From Desulfobulbus propionicus DSM 2032 (lineage in GTDB: Bacteria > Desulfobacterota > Desulfobulbia > Desulfobulbales > Desulfobulbaceae), in contig NC_014972.1 of the NCBI RefSeq assembly GCF_000186885.1, positions 1,560,001 to 1,592,000 on the forward strand: a stretch of 32,000 nucleotides of DNA. Reading direction: 5' to 3'. Made by a program: the position numbers and the translations under genes. Shown in pieces: positions 9,825 through 19,399 of this stretch. The notes beneath the pieces are model-generated. The model was not told where the DNA came from. It did not search any database and saw only the letters and a program-made list of their open reading frames with translations. The number at the start of each line of letters is the position of its first letter. Position 1 is the stretch's first letter.

Positions 9825-10726
9825 ATGCCCGCCGTCAGATTCAGCCGTTGGCCATCGCCGCCCGGGTCCGTTACGACACGTGGCGCCGTCTGTTGTTGGC
9901 CGTTGCCTTTCTTCTTTTGTTGATCAACCCGGCGCTCAACTATTTTTTGGGGATCACCTTTGTCCAAGGCTGGTTCCAATCGCTGGGCATCGGCGAACTC
10001 CGCCTGATTTCGCCGCTCGAAGGGATGGAAAGCCTGCTGGTCACGAGACAGTTCTCGTTCTCGACCCTCATCGGCATGCTGATCCCCTTGTTGCTCGCCG
10101 TCTTGCTTGGCCGAGTTTTTTGTTCCTGGATCTGCCCGATCAGTTTCTTGGCCGAGACGGTGGCTGTTGTCAGGCAGCGGATCGCCCGGGAAAAAAATCT
10201 TCGCGACCGGCTGGTGCTGGCTCGGCGGGTTCTGTGGTTCACCTTGATCGCCGAGCTGCTTCTCTCCCTCGTCCTCGGCGCGCCGTTATTTGTTTTCCTC
10301 TCGCCACCCGGTCTGGTGGGAAGGGAATTGATGATGGCCGTCTACTTCCGCAATCTGGCCTGGGAAGGTGTCCTGATCATCGTTATTGTACTGCTGGAGT
10401 TGCTGACCCGTCGTTTCTCCTGCCGCTATTTCTGTCCACTGGGCGGACTGCTGGCCCTAGTCGGCATGGTCAGGCGATTGGTGATCCGGCGTCATGCCGA
10501 GAGCTGTACCGGCTGCGGCCGTTGTGATCGCGCCTGTCCCCTCGGGCTTGCGCCGAGTAGGGATGAATCGCTCTCCGCCTACTGCTGGAATTGCGGCATG
10601 TGTGTCGACAGCTGCGACCACGGCGCCTTGGCGTTTTGCTGGCGGGGAGGACCCGTCGCCACGGGGCAGGGGAGAGGGGATGCGCCCCCACCAAGCGCCA
10701 TGATCGGCGTGATTGAGAAAAAATAA
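9821..10726 (+). CDS. napH: NapH-type membrane ferredoxin (quinol dehydrogenase component)
   Basis: ATGA overlap with napG, four or more hydrophobic segments, FCSWICPISFLAE and CRYFCPLGGLL motifs, C-terminal CTGCGRCDRACP and CWNCGMCVDSC. Confidence 0.87.
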   Translation: MNARRQIQPLAIAARVRYDTWRRLLLAVAFLLLLINPALNYFLGITFVQGWFQSLGIGELRLISPLEGMESLLVTRQFSFSTLIGMLIPLLLAVLLGRVFCSWICPISFLAETVAVVRQRIAREKNLRDRLVLARRVLWFTLIAELLLSLVLGAPLFVFLSPPGLVGRELMMAVYFRNLAWEGVLIIVIVLLELLTRRFSCRYFCPLGGLLALVGMVRRLVIRRHAESCTGCGRCDRACPLGLAPSRDESLSAYCWNCGMCVDSCDHGALAFCWRGGPVATGQGRGDAPPPSAMIGVIEKK

Positions 10727-10862
10727 TCAATGAATCCGTTGCGAAAGACCTGGCGGCACCGGCCACTTCGCCAAGGTATTCGTTGACTATCCCCCCGTGA
10801 TTTGTCATAACATCTCCGTCGAGAGTGGTACAGCGTCTTGTTCAATAACCGAGGAGGAGAGG

Positions 10863-12023
10863 ATGAAAAAACGAAATGGTGCCCTGCGGATGCTCCGCTG
10901 CGGCTGGTTGTGCGTGTTGAGTTTGGTACTGATGACCTCGCTGGCCCAGGCGGCGGCTATCAAAATCGGTGCCATTTTGGCCGAAACCGGTCCGGCGGCC
11001 TTTTTGGGCGGCCCGGAAGTCCGATCGCTGCGCATGCTGGTCGAGGAGCTCAACGCCAAGGGAGGGATCAACGGCAAGACCATCGAGTTGATCGTCAAGG
11101 ACTCCGCCGGCAGCCCGGAGAAGGCGGTCTCCTTTGCCAAGCAGTTGATCGAGGAGGAAAAGGTGTTCGCCATCATCGGCCCCTCGACCAGTGGCGAGAG
11201 TCTCAGCATCAAGAAGATCGCCGAGGACGGCAAAACCATTCTGATTTCCTGTTCGGCGGCGGAACTGATCGTCAATCCGGTGGCGCCGCATGTGTTCAAG
11301 ACCGCGCCCAGCGACAGCTATGCGGCCCAGCAGATTTTCATGACCATGCAGAAGAAGGGGATCAAAAAGATAGCGGTCCTGGCCGGCAACGACGGGTTTG
11401 GCAAAGCGGGCAAGGAACAGTTGGCGAAGAATGCCCAGGCATTCGGTATCACCATTGTCGCCGAGGAAGTGTATGACAAGAGCGCCACTGACCTGATGGC
11501 CATTGTCGCCAAGCTGAAGGCCAATGCCGAGATCGAGGCGGTGGTTAACTGGTCGATCGTGCCGGCTCAGTCCATTCTAGCCAAGAATATCCGTCAAGCC
11601 ACATGGGATGTGCCCCTCTACCAGAGCCACGGATTTGCCAACATCAAATACGCCGAGACAGCGGGTGTGGCCGCCGAAGGCATCATCTTTCCCGCCAGCC
11701 GCCTTCTGGTTGCCGAAGCGTTGCCCGCCGGACCGCAGCGGGACTTTCTGCTGAAATACAAGAATTCCTATGAATCCAAGTTCAACGAGAAGGTATCCAC
11801 CTTTGGCGGCCATACCTACGACGCCATGACCATTCTCGCCAAGGCCATCGAGGTCGGCGGCGAGGATCGGGAAAAGGTGCGCGCCGCCATTGAAAATATC
11901 AAAGGATTGATCGGCACCGCCGGCACCTTCAATTTCTCGCCCACCGATCATGGCGGATTGGGGCTGGATGCCTTTGCCATGCTCACGGTCAAAAACGGCC
12001 AGTTCGTCCTGCTGGAACAGTAA
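10863..12023 (+). CDS. Branched-chain-amino-acid-type ABC transporter periplasmic binding protein (LivJ/K-like)
   Basis: Signal peptide, then IKIGAILAETGPAAFLGGPEVRSLRMLVEELNAKGGINGKTIELIVKDSAGSPEKAV...AIIGPSTSGESLSI...TFGGHTYDAM. Confidence 0.88.
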   Translation: MKKRNGALRMLRCGWLCVLSLVLMTSLAQAAAIKIGAILAETGPAAFLGGPEVRSLRMLVEELNAKGGINGKTIELIVKDSAGSPEKAVSFAKQLIEEEKVFAIIGPSTSGESLSIKKIAEDGKTILISCSAAELIVNPVAPHVFKTAPSDSYAAQQIFMTMQKKGIKKIAVLAGNDGFGKAGKEQLAKNAQAFGITIVAEEVYDKSATDLMAIVAKLKANAEIEAVVNWSIVPAQSILAKNIRQATWDVPLYQSHGFANIKYAETAGVAAEGIIFPASRLLVAEALPAGPQRDFLLKYKNSYESKFNEKVSTFGGHTYDAMTILAKAIEVGGEDREKVRAAIENIKGLIGTAGTFNFSPTDHGGLGLDAFAMLTVKNGQFVLLEQ

Positions 12024-12067
12024 TCGGCCTTGTCAGCGGGGATGCTCTCCCGCCGGACAGTGAATGA

Positions 12068-12103
12068 GGGGAAGGGAGCCAGCTGGTTCCCTTCCCCTTT
12101 TTG
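12068..12103 (+). terminator. Rho-independent terminator after binding-protein gene
   Basis: GGGGAAGGGAGCC-AGCT-GGTTCCCTTCCCC followed by TTTTTG. Confidence 0.85.
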
Positions 12104-12275
12104 CGGTGCGCTCCCCTGGACCGTTGCCAGCGGAAAAGAATGGCCTGTCCGTCTTGCCGTGAGCACGGCTTCATGGTATAGGAGGCGCAATTTCGCACCA
12201 ACCGCCTGCACAATGCTGCCGGCAAGCGCCTCTGTTCAATTCGTCCATTCTGTCTAACAAGGAGAACAACGCACC

Positions 12276-12692
12276 ATGGAACGTACATTTGCCATCATCA
12301 AGCCCAACGCCTTCCTTGCCGGCAATGCCGGGAAAATCATTGCCCGCATCTATGCCGAGGGGTTCAAGATTGTTGGCATGAAAAAGCTCTATTTGAGCAA
12401 ACGCGAGGCCGAAGGATTCTATTACGTGCACAAGGACCGGCCCTTTTTCGGCGAACTGACCGATTTCATGTCCAGCGGACCCTGCATCGTCATGGTGCTG
12501 GAGGCGGAAGGGGCGATCAAGAAATGGCGTGATCTGATGGGCGCCACCAATCCGGCCAATGCCGCCGAAGGCACCCTGCGCCGTGAATTCGGCGATTCCC
12601 TGGAAGCCAACGCCACCCATGGATCCGATGCCCCGGAAACCGCGGCCTTTGAGATCGGCTATTTCTTTTCCGGCCTGGAACTGCTGATGTGA
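12276..12692 (+). CDS. ndk: Nucleoside diphosphate kinase
   Basis: [13 protein letters not shown]...[33 protein letters not shown], with the catalytic His in the NATHGSD context. Confidence 0.96.
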   Translation: MERTFAIIKPNAFLAGNAGKIIARIYAEGFKIVGMKKLYLSKREAEGFYYVHKDRPFFGELTDFMSSGPCIVMVLEAEGAIKKWRDLMGATNPANAAEGTLRREFGDSLEANATHGSDAPETAAFEIGYFFSGLELLM

Positions 12693-12723
12693 TTGCCTCC
12701 GGGTTTTCATTTTGCCAACCACA

Positions 12724-12760
12724 AAAAAAGGCGGCCCCGAGGGACCGCCTTTTTTTGTGT
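12724..12760. terminator. Terminator hairpin between ndk and the convergent gene
   Basis: AAAAAAAGGCGGccccgagggACCGCCTTTTTTT; A-tract and T-tract on both sides make it potentially bidirectional. Confidence 0.75.
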
Positions 12761-12792
12761 CATTTCGATGAGATCACAACTTAAGAGGTGAA

Positions 12793-13410
12793 TTACTTCC
12801 CTCCTTCCAGCAACTGTCCCTGCATTTCAATCAGTTGTTCCAGCAGGCTGTTAGTCAACTCGGCTTTCTGCTGCATCATTTGCTGGCACATGGCCATGTG
12901 TCCCATGTCCATGCCGCCGTGCGGCATAGCCGAACCGGCGTGCCCCTGCTTGTCGCCATGTCCCTGACCGTGTTGCATGTTTTGCATCATGGGACACTTG
13001 CCTGATTGCATCATCGCCCCGCAACCGAGACCATTGAGCATGTTCAAGGCTTTGGTCATTGAGGTTAGGTGCGCCTGCATCAATTGTTTGCGCTCCTGCA
13101 CATCGGTAGTGGCCTTGATGGCCGTCATCTCGGTGCGCAGTGTGGCGACATGAGCCATGATCGCCTCATGTTGTTTGTGCATGGCGGCCATGTCATGACC
13201 GGCTGGCGGTTGTGCCGCTTCTCCAGCCTTGTCCGCGGCATGGCCGCTATGGTCGGCAGGTGGCGCGGGGGAAGCGGTGTTGTGTGTGCCGTGATCCATG
13301 GCCGCAGGGGGCGGCGGCACGGTCGGTTGCTCTTCCGCAAACGCCGATGAACCGCCGGCGAGAACAAGGAAAAGGGCCGCGACAACAGGAAAAAGGTGAC
13401 GACGAAACAT
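12793..13410 (-). CDS. Met/His-rich periplasmic protein, possible metal-binding
   Basis: Signal peptide MFRRHLFPVVAALFLVLAGGSSAFA; many MxH/HxM/MxxM motifs (DHGTHN, DHSGHAADK, GHDMAAMHKQH, MMQNMQHGQGHGDKQGH, PHGGMDMGHMAMCQQMM). No specific family assigned. Confidence 0.65.
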   Translation of the reverse strand: MFRRHLFPVVAALFLVLAGGSSAFAEEQPTVPPPPAAMDHGTHNTASPAPPADHSGHAADKAGEAAQPPAGHDMAAMHKQHEAIMAHVATLRTEMTAIKATTDVQERKQLMQAHLTSMTKALNMLNGLGCGAMMQSGKCPMMQNMQHGQGHGDKQGHAGSAMPHGGMDMGHMAMCQQMMQQKAELTNSLLEQLIEMQGQLLEGGK

Positions 13411-13552
13411 GGGAAATCTCCTGGATGGTTGGTGCGCATATCCTGCGCAACACAGTTGTTTGAGGTACTTACAGGATAAACCCCAATCCGGGATCGTCAA
13501 GGAGAAAAATACCACATGGTGGTTGTTGGTAAAATGTATCTTATTGTGGTAT

Positions 13553-15181
13553 TCACCTTTTTCCTTGATGATAGATTTGCTCCCGGTGAACAGCGATGGC
13601 GGCGTCGGCCAGATAGTCGTCGAAGTTGGTCATCCTGTCGATCACACCCTTGGGCCCGATTTCGATAATCCGGTTGGCCACGGTGGCCACGCATTCGTGG
13701 TCGTGGGAAGCAAACAGGATCACCTCGGGATAAGCAATCAGGCCGTTGTTGAGCGAGGTAATCGATTCCAGGTCCAGATGGTTGGTCGGCTCGTCGAGGA
13801 GCAGCACGTTGGCGCCGCTCAGCATCATCCGTGCCAGCAGGCAGCGCACCCGCTCGCCGCCGGAGAGCACGGAGGTCTTCTTGAGCACTTCGTCGCCGGA
13901 AAAAAGCATCCGGCCGAGAAAGCCGCGCGAATAGCTTTCGCCCTCGCTGGCGGGAATGAACTGGCCAAACCATTCCAGCAAATTCATGGAGCTGGTGAAA
14001 AAGGCGCTGTTCTCCTTGGGGAAATAGGACGGAGTGATGGTCTGGCCCCAGCGGAAACTGCCCGAATCAGGCTCCAGCTCCCCCATCAGAATCTGGAACA
14101 GGGTGGTCTTGGCCAAGCCGTAGGTACCGACAAAAGCGATCTTTTCCCCCTTGCCAACGGAAAAACTGAGATTGTCCAAGACCTTAACCCCGTCGATCGT
14201 CTTGCTCAAGCCATCGACTTCCAGGATGACGTTGCCGCAGGGCCGATCCGGCTTGAAGGCAATCCATGGGTATTTGCGCGAGGAAACGGGCATTTCCTCG
14301 ATGGTGATCTTATCCAGCAGTTTCTTGCGCGAGGTGGCCTGCTTGGCCTTTGAGGCGTTGGAGGAGAATCGTTGGATGAATTCCTTGAGTTCCGCCACTT
14401 TGGCGGCGGCTTTCTTGTTTTCCTGCTGCTTCTGGGCAAGAGCCAGCTGGCTGGCCTGGTACCAGAAATCGTAATTGCCCACATAGACCCGGATCTGGCC
14501 AAAATCGATATCCGCCATGTGGGTGCAGACCTGATTGAGGAAATGGCGGTCATGGGAAACGATGATCACCGTGTTGGGAAAGCGAATGAGAAACTCTTCC
14601 AGCCAGGCGATGGACTGGACGTCCAGGTTGTTGGTCGGCTCGTCCAGCAGCAGGATGTCCGGGTTGCCGAACAGGGCCTGGGCCAAGAGCACCCGCACTT
14701 TGTCGCCACCGTCCAAATCCTTCATCTTCAGGCCGGTCATTTCCTCGGGAATACCCAGGCCGCTGAGCAGCACATGGGCCTCGGATTCGGCTTCGTAACC
14801 GTTCATCTCGCCGAATTCGACCTCAAGATCGCCGCAGCGCATGCCATCCTCCTCGGACAGCTCGGGCAAGGCGTAGAGCCGCTCTCGCTCCATTTTCACC
14901 TCGTAGAGCCTGCGATGTCCCATGATCACCGTGTCCAGCACCGTGTGCTCGTCATAGGCGAACTGATCCTGCTGAAGGACGGCGATCCGTTCCTTGGGAT
15001 CGATCGATACCTCGCCCTTGTCCGCTTCCTTCTGGCCGGCGAGTATCTTGAGAAAGGTCGATTTTCCCGCGCCGTTGGCTCCGATCAGGCCATAGCAGTT
15101 GCCGTGGGTGAATTTGATGTTGACGTCTTTGAAAATGACGCGCTTGCCATAGGAAAGCGCGATGTTGGTCGCTTGCAGCAT
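13553..15181 (-). CDS. ABC-F family ATP-binding protein (YbiT-like)
   Basis: Two ABC domains without TM segments: GANGAGKST Walker A, LLLDEPTNNLD and LLLDEPTNHLD Walker B, LSGGERVRC signature, and a linker between the domains. Start at MLQATNIALSYG. Confidence 0.9.
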   Translation of the reverse strand: MLQATNIALSYGKRVIFKDVNIKFTHGNCYGLIGANGAGKSTFLKILAGQKEADKGEVSIDPKERIAVLQQDQFAYDEHTVLDTVIMGHRRLYEVKMERERLYALPELSEEDGMRCGDLEVEFGEMNGYEAESEAHVLLSGLGIPEEMTGLKMKDLDGGDKVRVLLAQALFGNPDILLLDEPTNNLDVQSIAWLEEFLIRFPNTVIIVSHDRHFLNQVCTHMADIDFGQIRVYVGNYDFWYQASQLALAQKQQENKKAAAKVAELKEFIQRFSSNASKAKQATSRKKLLDKITIEEMPVSSRKYPWIAFKPDRPCGNVILEVDGLSKTIDGVKVLDNLSFSVGKGEKIAFVGTYGLAKTTLFQILMGELEPDSGSFRWGQTITPSYFPKENSAFFTSSMNLLEWFGQFIPASEGESYSRGFLGRMLFSGDEVLKKTSVLSGGERVRCLLARMMLSGANVLLLDEPTNHLDLESITSLNNGLIAYPEVILFASHDHECVATVANRIIEIGPKGVIDRMTNFDDYLADAAIAVHREQIYHQGKR

Positions 15182-15523
15182 AAAAGGACTTCCTGTGAAA
15201 AAAAAGAGTGCCACGGTATTCATCGTGACAGGGACGGGATATTCCGGGGAACACCGCACGCTTTTGCGCGGCGTTGTTGAAAGAGCGGCGAACCTACCCT
15301 GAAATGGCTAAAAAATGAAGCAAAAAAAGAGAAATCCGTTTTTTTGCCCATTCCCGCGCCGGAGCTGGCCGCCGCCACTGAACGGGCAAGTGGTGCAGGC
15401 AGCCCGCAAACGGCAGGTCAAGCACAAGCGGTTGGAAGGCATTGGCAGGTACCCCGGAATGTGCTAGGCTCTGCGCCGTTTCACGAGAGATCACCCCAAC
15501 AACATCATCCCGAGACCATCCCC

Positions 15524-16102
15524 ATGACCACCGCCTTGAAATACCTCACCTTTGCCCTCATGGCCTGCTGCGCCTTGGCCCCAGCCGCAAGCGGAGCGAA
15601 AAAACTGAAAACATACGGGAATCAGGAATTCGGCTTCAGCTGCAACTATCCGGCTTCCTGGGCGATTGGGCCCTCTTCCGTGCCCAATGTCCGGGTCAAG
15701 GTGGCGGCTCCGGCCAAGGGCCCGAACGCGGAATGCACGGTCATCGTCAAACGTTACCCCAACGCGGCAAACGCCCAGCAAAGCGACATCGATCAAATTT
15801 TCATCGAGCCGCCAACACCAGCGGAGCTTGAGGAAGTCTTGGGCCAGGGGGGCGGGGTCGTCAAGGTGGTCAAGGCCAGCGCGGGTAAGCTTGATGTCCG
15901 CCCGGCACATCTGGCGCGATTCCAATACCGGACAAGCGGCAATACCTACATCTCGGGTCAGGTGGTCATGACCGCCACTCCTGGCTTGACCTGGTCGGTT
16001 TCCTGCGGTGGTCAAGGACCTGATCCGGCAACGGCTGAAAAGAATTTTCAGCATTGGGAGAGCACAATCAACGACTTCCTCGCATCGTTTCGGTTCAAAT
16101 GA
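15524..16102 (+). CDS. Secreted hypothetical protein, PsbP/DcrB-like fold suggested
   Basis: Signal peptide MTTALKYLTFALMACCALAPAASG followed by YGNQEFGFSCNYPASWAIG...TVIVKRYPN...INDFLASFRFK. Confidence 0.55.
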   Translation: MTTALKYLTFALMACCALAPAASGAKKLKTYGNQEFGFSCNYPASWAIGPSSVPNVRVKVAAPAKGPNAECTVIVKRYPNAANAQQSDIDQIFIEPPTPAELEEVLGQGGGVVKVVKASAGKLDVRPAHLARFQYRTSGNTYISGQVVMTATPGLTWSVSCGGQGPDPATAEKNFQHWESTINDFLASFRFK

Positions 16103-16176
16103 TGCAGAGGCAGCACTCTGCCTGTGAAAGTGGCCACTTGGCTCCTCGTTATCAACAATTTCTTGTGAAAGTACGG

Positions 16177-17421
16177 CTACCGCGGAGAAAGCGGATTGAT
16201 CGGTCCGCCGGGTCGCAGGGCGGCAGGCTCGCATCCGGCGGTCTGTTTCGTCAGGAGAAGGGTGATGGCGCCCGCTGTCAATAGCAGCAGGCCGATCAGG
16301 CAGGCAACGCCTGGCCAGCCCATGTGAGTCCAGCAAAACCCGCCCGCGGTTCCGGAAACGCTCGCTCCCAGATAGTAAAAAAACAGATAGAGCGACGAGG
16401 CTTGGGCCTTGGCCGTCTTCGCCTGCCTGCCGACCCATGTCGAGGCAGCCGTGTGGGTCACGAAAAAACCGCAGGTGAACACGGCAATCCCCACGATGAC
16501 CAGGAGAAGAACGCCCGTCAGGGTCATGCTCAGACCGGCGGCCATGACGGCCAGTCCGACGCGGAGGGTTGCGCCGCGACCGATGCGGTTGACCATCTTG
16601 CCGGTCAGGGACGAGCAGCCGGCGCCAAAGAGATAGGAAAGAAAAATAAAACTCACCAGGGTCTGGGTGAGGCCGAATTCGGCTCCGGTCAACCTGAATG
16701 TTATGTAGTTGAACAAGGTGACAAAACTGCCCATGACCATGAAGGAGATAGCGTACAGGCAGCGGAGGGTCGGGTCGAGGAGCTGTTGGTACAGCGAGGT
16801 GAAGAGATAGCGTGTTTCGAAGGGGCGCCGGCGGAAATGGGTTGAGGGGGGGAGGCTGTAAGCAAAATACAGGCTCAGTCCAAGGCAAAGGATCCCGACC
16901 AGGCCCAAGGCGATCTGCCAGGAGAAGAAGTCGGTGATGGTGGCGGTGAATATGCGTCCGGACATGCCACCAATCGCATTGCCGGCAATGTACAGGCCCA
17001 TGGCGGTGCCGATGGTGGCTGGTTCGATTTCCTCGCTCAGGTAGGCCATGGCCACCGGAGGCAGACCGGCCAGCACGATTCCCTGGACGAATCGAAGCGT
17101 GACCAGCGAGACCAGGGAGTGGCTGAATGCGCTGCACAGGGCCAGCAGCGAGGTCATGACCAGGGAAAAGATCATCACCGGCCGGCGGCCGAGCGTTTCG
17201 GAAATGGTTCCGGCGATCAGCATGGCGGCCGCCAGGGTTAGGGTGGCCGCCGACAGCGGCAGGCTGGCCAGGGCAGGGGGAATGTCAAATACGCGGGCAA
17301 ATTCCGGCAAGAGCGGTTGGACATCGTACAGGGTGATGAAGGTGACGAATCCGGCGGCAAACAGGGCCAGGTTCGCCTGGCGGAAGGCAGGGCTGCCGCT
17401 TTGCATGCGGTTGTTGTTCAT
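16177..17421 (-). CDS. MFS transporter, YnfM-like
   Basis: About 12 hydrophobic segments; FVTFITLYDVQPLLPEFARVFDI, GTISETLGRRPVMIFSLV. Start at MNNNRMQSG. Divergent from a LysR regulator. Confidence 0.85.
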   Translation of the reverse strand: MNNNRMQSGSPAFRQANLALFAAGFVTFITLYDVQPLLPEFARVFDIPPALASLPLSAATLTLAAAMLIAGTISETLGRRPVMIFSLVMTSLLALCSAFSHSLVSLVTLRFVQGIVLAGLPPVAMAYLSEEIEPATIGTAMGLYIAGNAIGGMSGRIFTATITDFFSWQIALGLVGILCLGLSLYFAYSLPPSTHFRRRPFETRYLFTSLYQQLLDPTLRCLYAISFMVMGSFVTLFNYITFRLTGAEFGLTQTLVSFIFLSYLFGAGCSSLTGKMVNRIGRGATLRVGLAVMAAGLSMTLTGVLLLVIVGIAVFTCGFFVTHTAASTWVGRQAKTAKAQASSLYLFFYYLGASVSGTAGGFCWTHMGWPGVACLIGLLLLTAGAITLLLTKQTAGCEPAALRPGGPINPLSPR

Positions 17422-17629
17422 TGTGGTGTTGGTCGACTGTTTTTGAATGACGGCGAGCTTGTCCATGCACGTGGCAACACCGGGATGCAAAAGGTTTCCG
17501 GAAGGAGCGGACCCGCCAATACGCTGGTGTGCATGCACCTATGATTGGGGTGACAATACCAATGAACTTTTTATAAATAAAATATATAATTATTATTGTA
17601 TTGATAAATAAAAAGTATGGAAAAGGGCT

Positions 17630-18535
17630 GTGGACCTACGTCAACTGAAATTCTTCGTCGAAATCGCCCGTCACGGCAACTTCACCAAGGCAGCGGAAAC
17701 CCTCAACATCGCCCAGCCCGCCCTCAGCATCGCGATTCAGAAGTTGGAGGAAGAACTCGAACTGGTGCTGTTCAACCGGCAGAAACGGAAGGTGGCGCTT
17801 ACCGCCGAGGGAGAGGTGTTGCTCACCCATGCGGAACGCATTCTCGATGACCTGCGGGCGGCGGACATGGAAATGGCCGATTTGAAGGGACTGGGCATGG
17901 GAGAAGTCCGCCTGGGCATCACCCCGATGATCAGCACCTATTTTTTCCCGGCCATTATCCATGATTTCACCCGGCAATATCCCAGATTGCACATTTCCGT
18001 CTCGGGCGAGGGGGCGGGCAGCATCCAGAAAATGATCAGCCAGGGCGAACTGGACATGGGCGTCATTGCCGGCGGCCTGATTCCGGAGAACTTGGAGGTG
18101 CGCCATATCCTGCGTGAAGAGGTCATGGTCTGTGTCCCGGCGGACCACGCCTTCACCCGGCGCCGCGCGGTGCGCTACGCGGATTTCGCCGGCGAGCCGT
18201 TGATCATGTTCAAGGAGGGGTATTACCAGCGGGAGATGCTCCTGGAAATCTTCAAGGAATTGCCGGGTGCGCAGCCGAACATCGTGTTTGAAACCAATCT
18301 CTTTTCCCTGGTCAAGTCCTTGGTTAAACGCGGGTTGGGCATCTCCACCCTGCTCCGGATGGTGGCGGAGGACGATCGGGATTTGTGTGCGGTGTCGTTC
18401 GATCCGCCGCTGCATCTCGACCTCATGCTTGCCTGGAAAAAAGGCGCCTATTTATCCCATGCCAATCAGGCGTTCGTCGATTTTCTGATGGAACAGATCC
18501 GGGGCTACGACAGAAATCGCCTGGCCGTCCGTTGA
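17630..18535 (+). CDS. LysR-family transcriptional regulator
   Basis: GTG start; MDLRQLKFFVEIARHGNFTKAAETLNIAQPALSIAIQKLEEELELVLFNRQKRKVALTAEGEVLL is the canonical LysR HTH, followed by an effector domain. Confidence 0.94.
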   Translation: MDLRQLKFFVEIARHGNFTKAAETLNIAQPALSIAIQKLEEELELVLFNRQKRKVALTAEGEVLLTHAERILDDLRAADMEMADLKGLGMGEVRLGITPMISTYFFPAIIHDFTRQYPRLHISVSGEGAGSIQKMISQGELDMGVIAGGLIPENLEVRHILREEVMVCVPADHAFTRRRAVRYADFAGEPLIMFKEGYYQREMLLEIFKELPGAQPNIVFETNLFSLVKSLVKRGLGISTLLRMVAEDDRDLCAVSFDPPLHLDLMLAWKKGAYLSHANQAFVDFLMEQIRGYDRNRLAVR

Positions 18536-18637
18536 AGCAGGAGGCAAACCGCTCGGGCGGATCGCGTGTTGCGGTCCAACCACTGCATGTATTGGACAAC
18601 ATCGAGCTCAACGGGGCGAAAGGTTCCTGCATATCCG

Positions 18638-18680
18638 GCCGGCCGGTCCCGGGCGGTGTTTCCGCCAAGGACCGGCCGGC
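18638..18680. terminator. Strong hairpin terminator between convergent LysR and AhpD/CMD-like genes
   Basis: 12-bp perfect stem GCCGGCCGGTCC / GGACCGGCCGGC enclosing an inner GGCGG / CCGCC stem, followed by TCTTGCGTTCTTTT. Confidence 0.7.
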
Positions 18681-18794
18681 TCTTGCGTTCTTTTGAGGGC
18701 ATGAACCGGATTGAGAACAAGGGGTATTGGCAGGGGCAACCACGCGGCGCTTCAATCACAAGGCGCAGGTACGCCTCTCCTGAAATCGATTCGG

Positions 18795-19319
18795 TCAGGT
18801 TCCTGGGGTGGAGAACGCCTCGAACAGGTAGGCGGTTCCCACCATATTGGTCGCCTGAGCGCAAGCGTCGAGGACATCGCTGTCACTCCACCCCAGGTTG
18901 CGGAGGGCCGCCACCTCCTCCTGGGTGATTTTCTGCTTATCAAGCACACGGGAGACTGTCGTGAACAAGGCGTTCTCCGCTTCGTTGAAGGCTTCCACGG
19001 GCTTGCCCGCGACCAAATCCGCCAAATCCTGTTCCGACAATCCGGTTTTGTTGAGCCACATGCGGTTCAACATCGTGCAGTGATCGAAGCAAACTTTCTG
19101 GGCCGCCAGCAAGCGGATGGCCGCAAGCATGGGAAACGACAGCGCCTGATGCTTCATGAAATATTTTATTTGGGTGAAGAAAACTTCAAGTAATCCCGGA
19201 CTGGCGCTCATCAACTGCAAGGGAGCGGGAACCGGGCTGCGTTTTTGGGTGAAATGCTGGTACACGTCCGCGGCGACCCCGGCCGCTTTTTCTGGTGTTT
19301 GATATGCAAGCGTGAACAT
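18795..19319 (-). CDS. AhpD-like / carboxymuconolactone decarboxylase family protein
   Basis: Helical protein with ALSFPMLAAIRLLAAQKVCFDHCTMLNRMWLNKTGLSEQDLADL...EVAALRNLGWSDSDVLDACAQATNM. The CxxxC resembles the AhpD-fold active-site region. Confidence 0.65.
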   Translation of the reverse strand: MFTLAYQTPEKAAGVAADVYQHFTQKRSPVPAPLQLMSASPGLLEVFFTQIKYFMKHQALSFPMLAAIRLLAAQKVCFDHCTMLNRMWLNKTGLSEQDLADLVAGKPVEAFNEAENALFTTVSRVLDKQKITQEEVAALRNLGWSDSDVLDACAQATNMVGTAYLFEAFSTPGT

Positions 19320-19342
19320 AATCTCTCCTCCGTGTTTTATAG

Positions 19343-19357
19343 TAGACTGGTCGTCTA
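19343..19357. promoter_or_regulatory. Candidate TetR-family operator upstream of the AhpD/CMD-like gene
   Basis: TAGACTGGTCGTCTA, dyad TAGAC-N5-GTCTA; differs from the site at 19989-20003 at one base. Confidence 0.75.
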
Positions 19358-19399
19358 TTAACCGTGCGCGCTGAATGCGGCACGATTGCCTCGTCGAGC

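Noticed and set aside
13409-15280. Plus-strand ORFs 13409..14353 and 14372..15280
   Set aside because: Both are antisense to the ABC-F gene, whose two ATPase domains are unambiguous.
15491-17137. 548-aa minus-strand ORF (MQRIQPLPGLAGHASIRPGN...)
   Set aside because: It overlaps the well-supported MFS gene in another frame and the secreted protein gene on the opposite strand. The Arg/Pro/His-rich translation has no domain.
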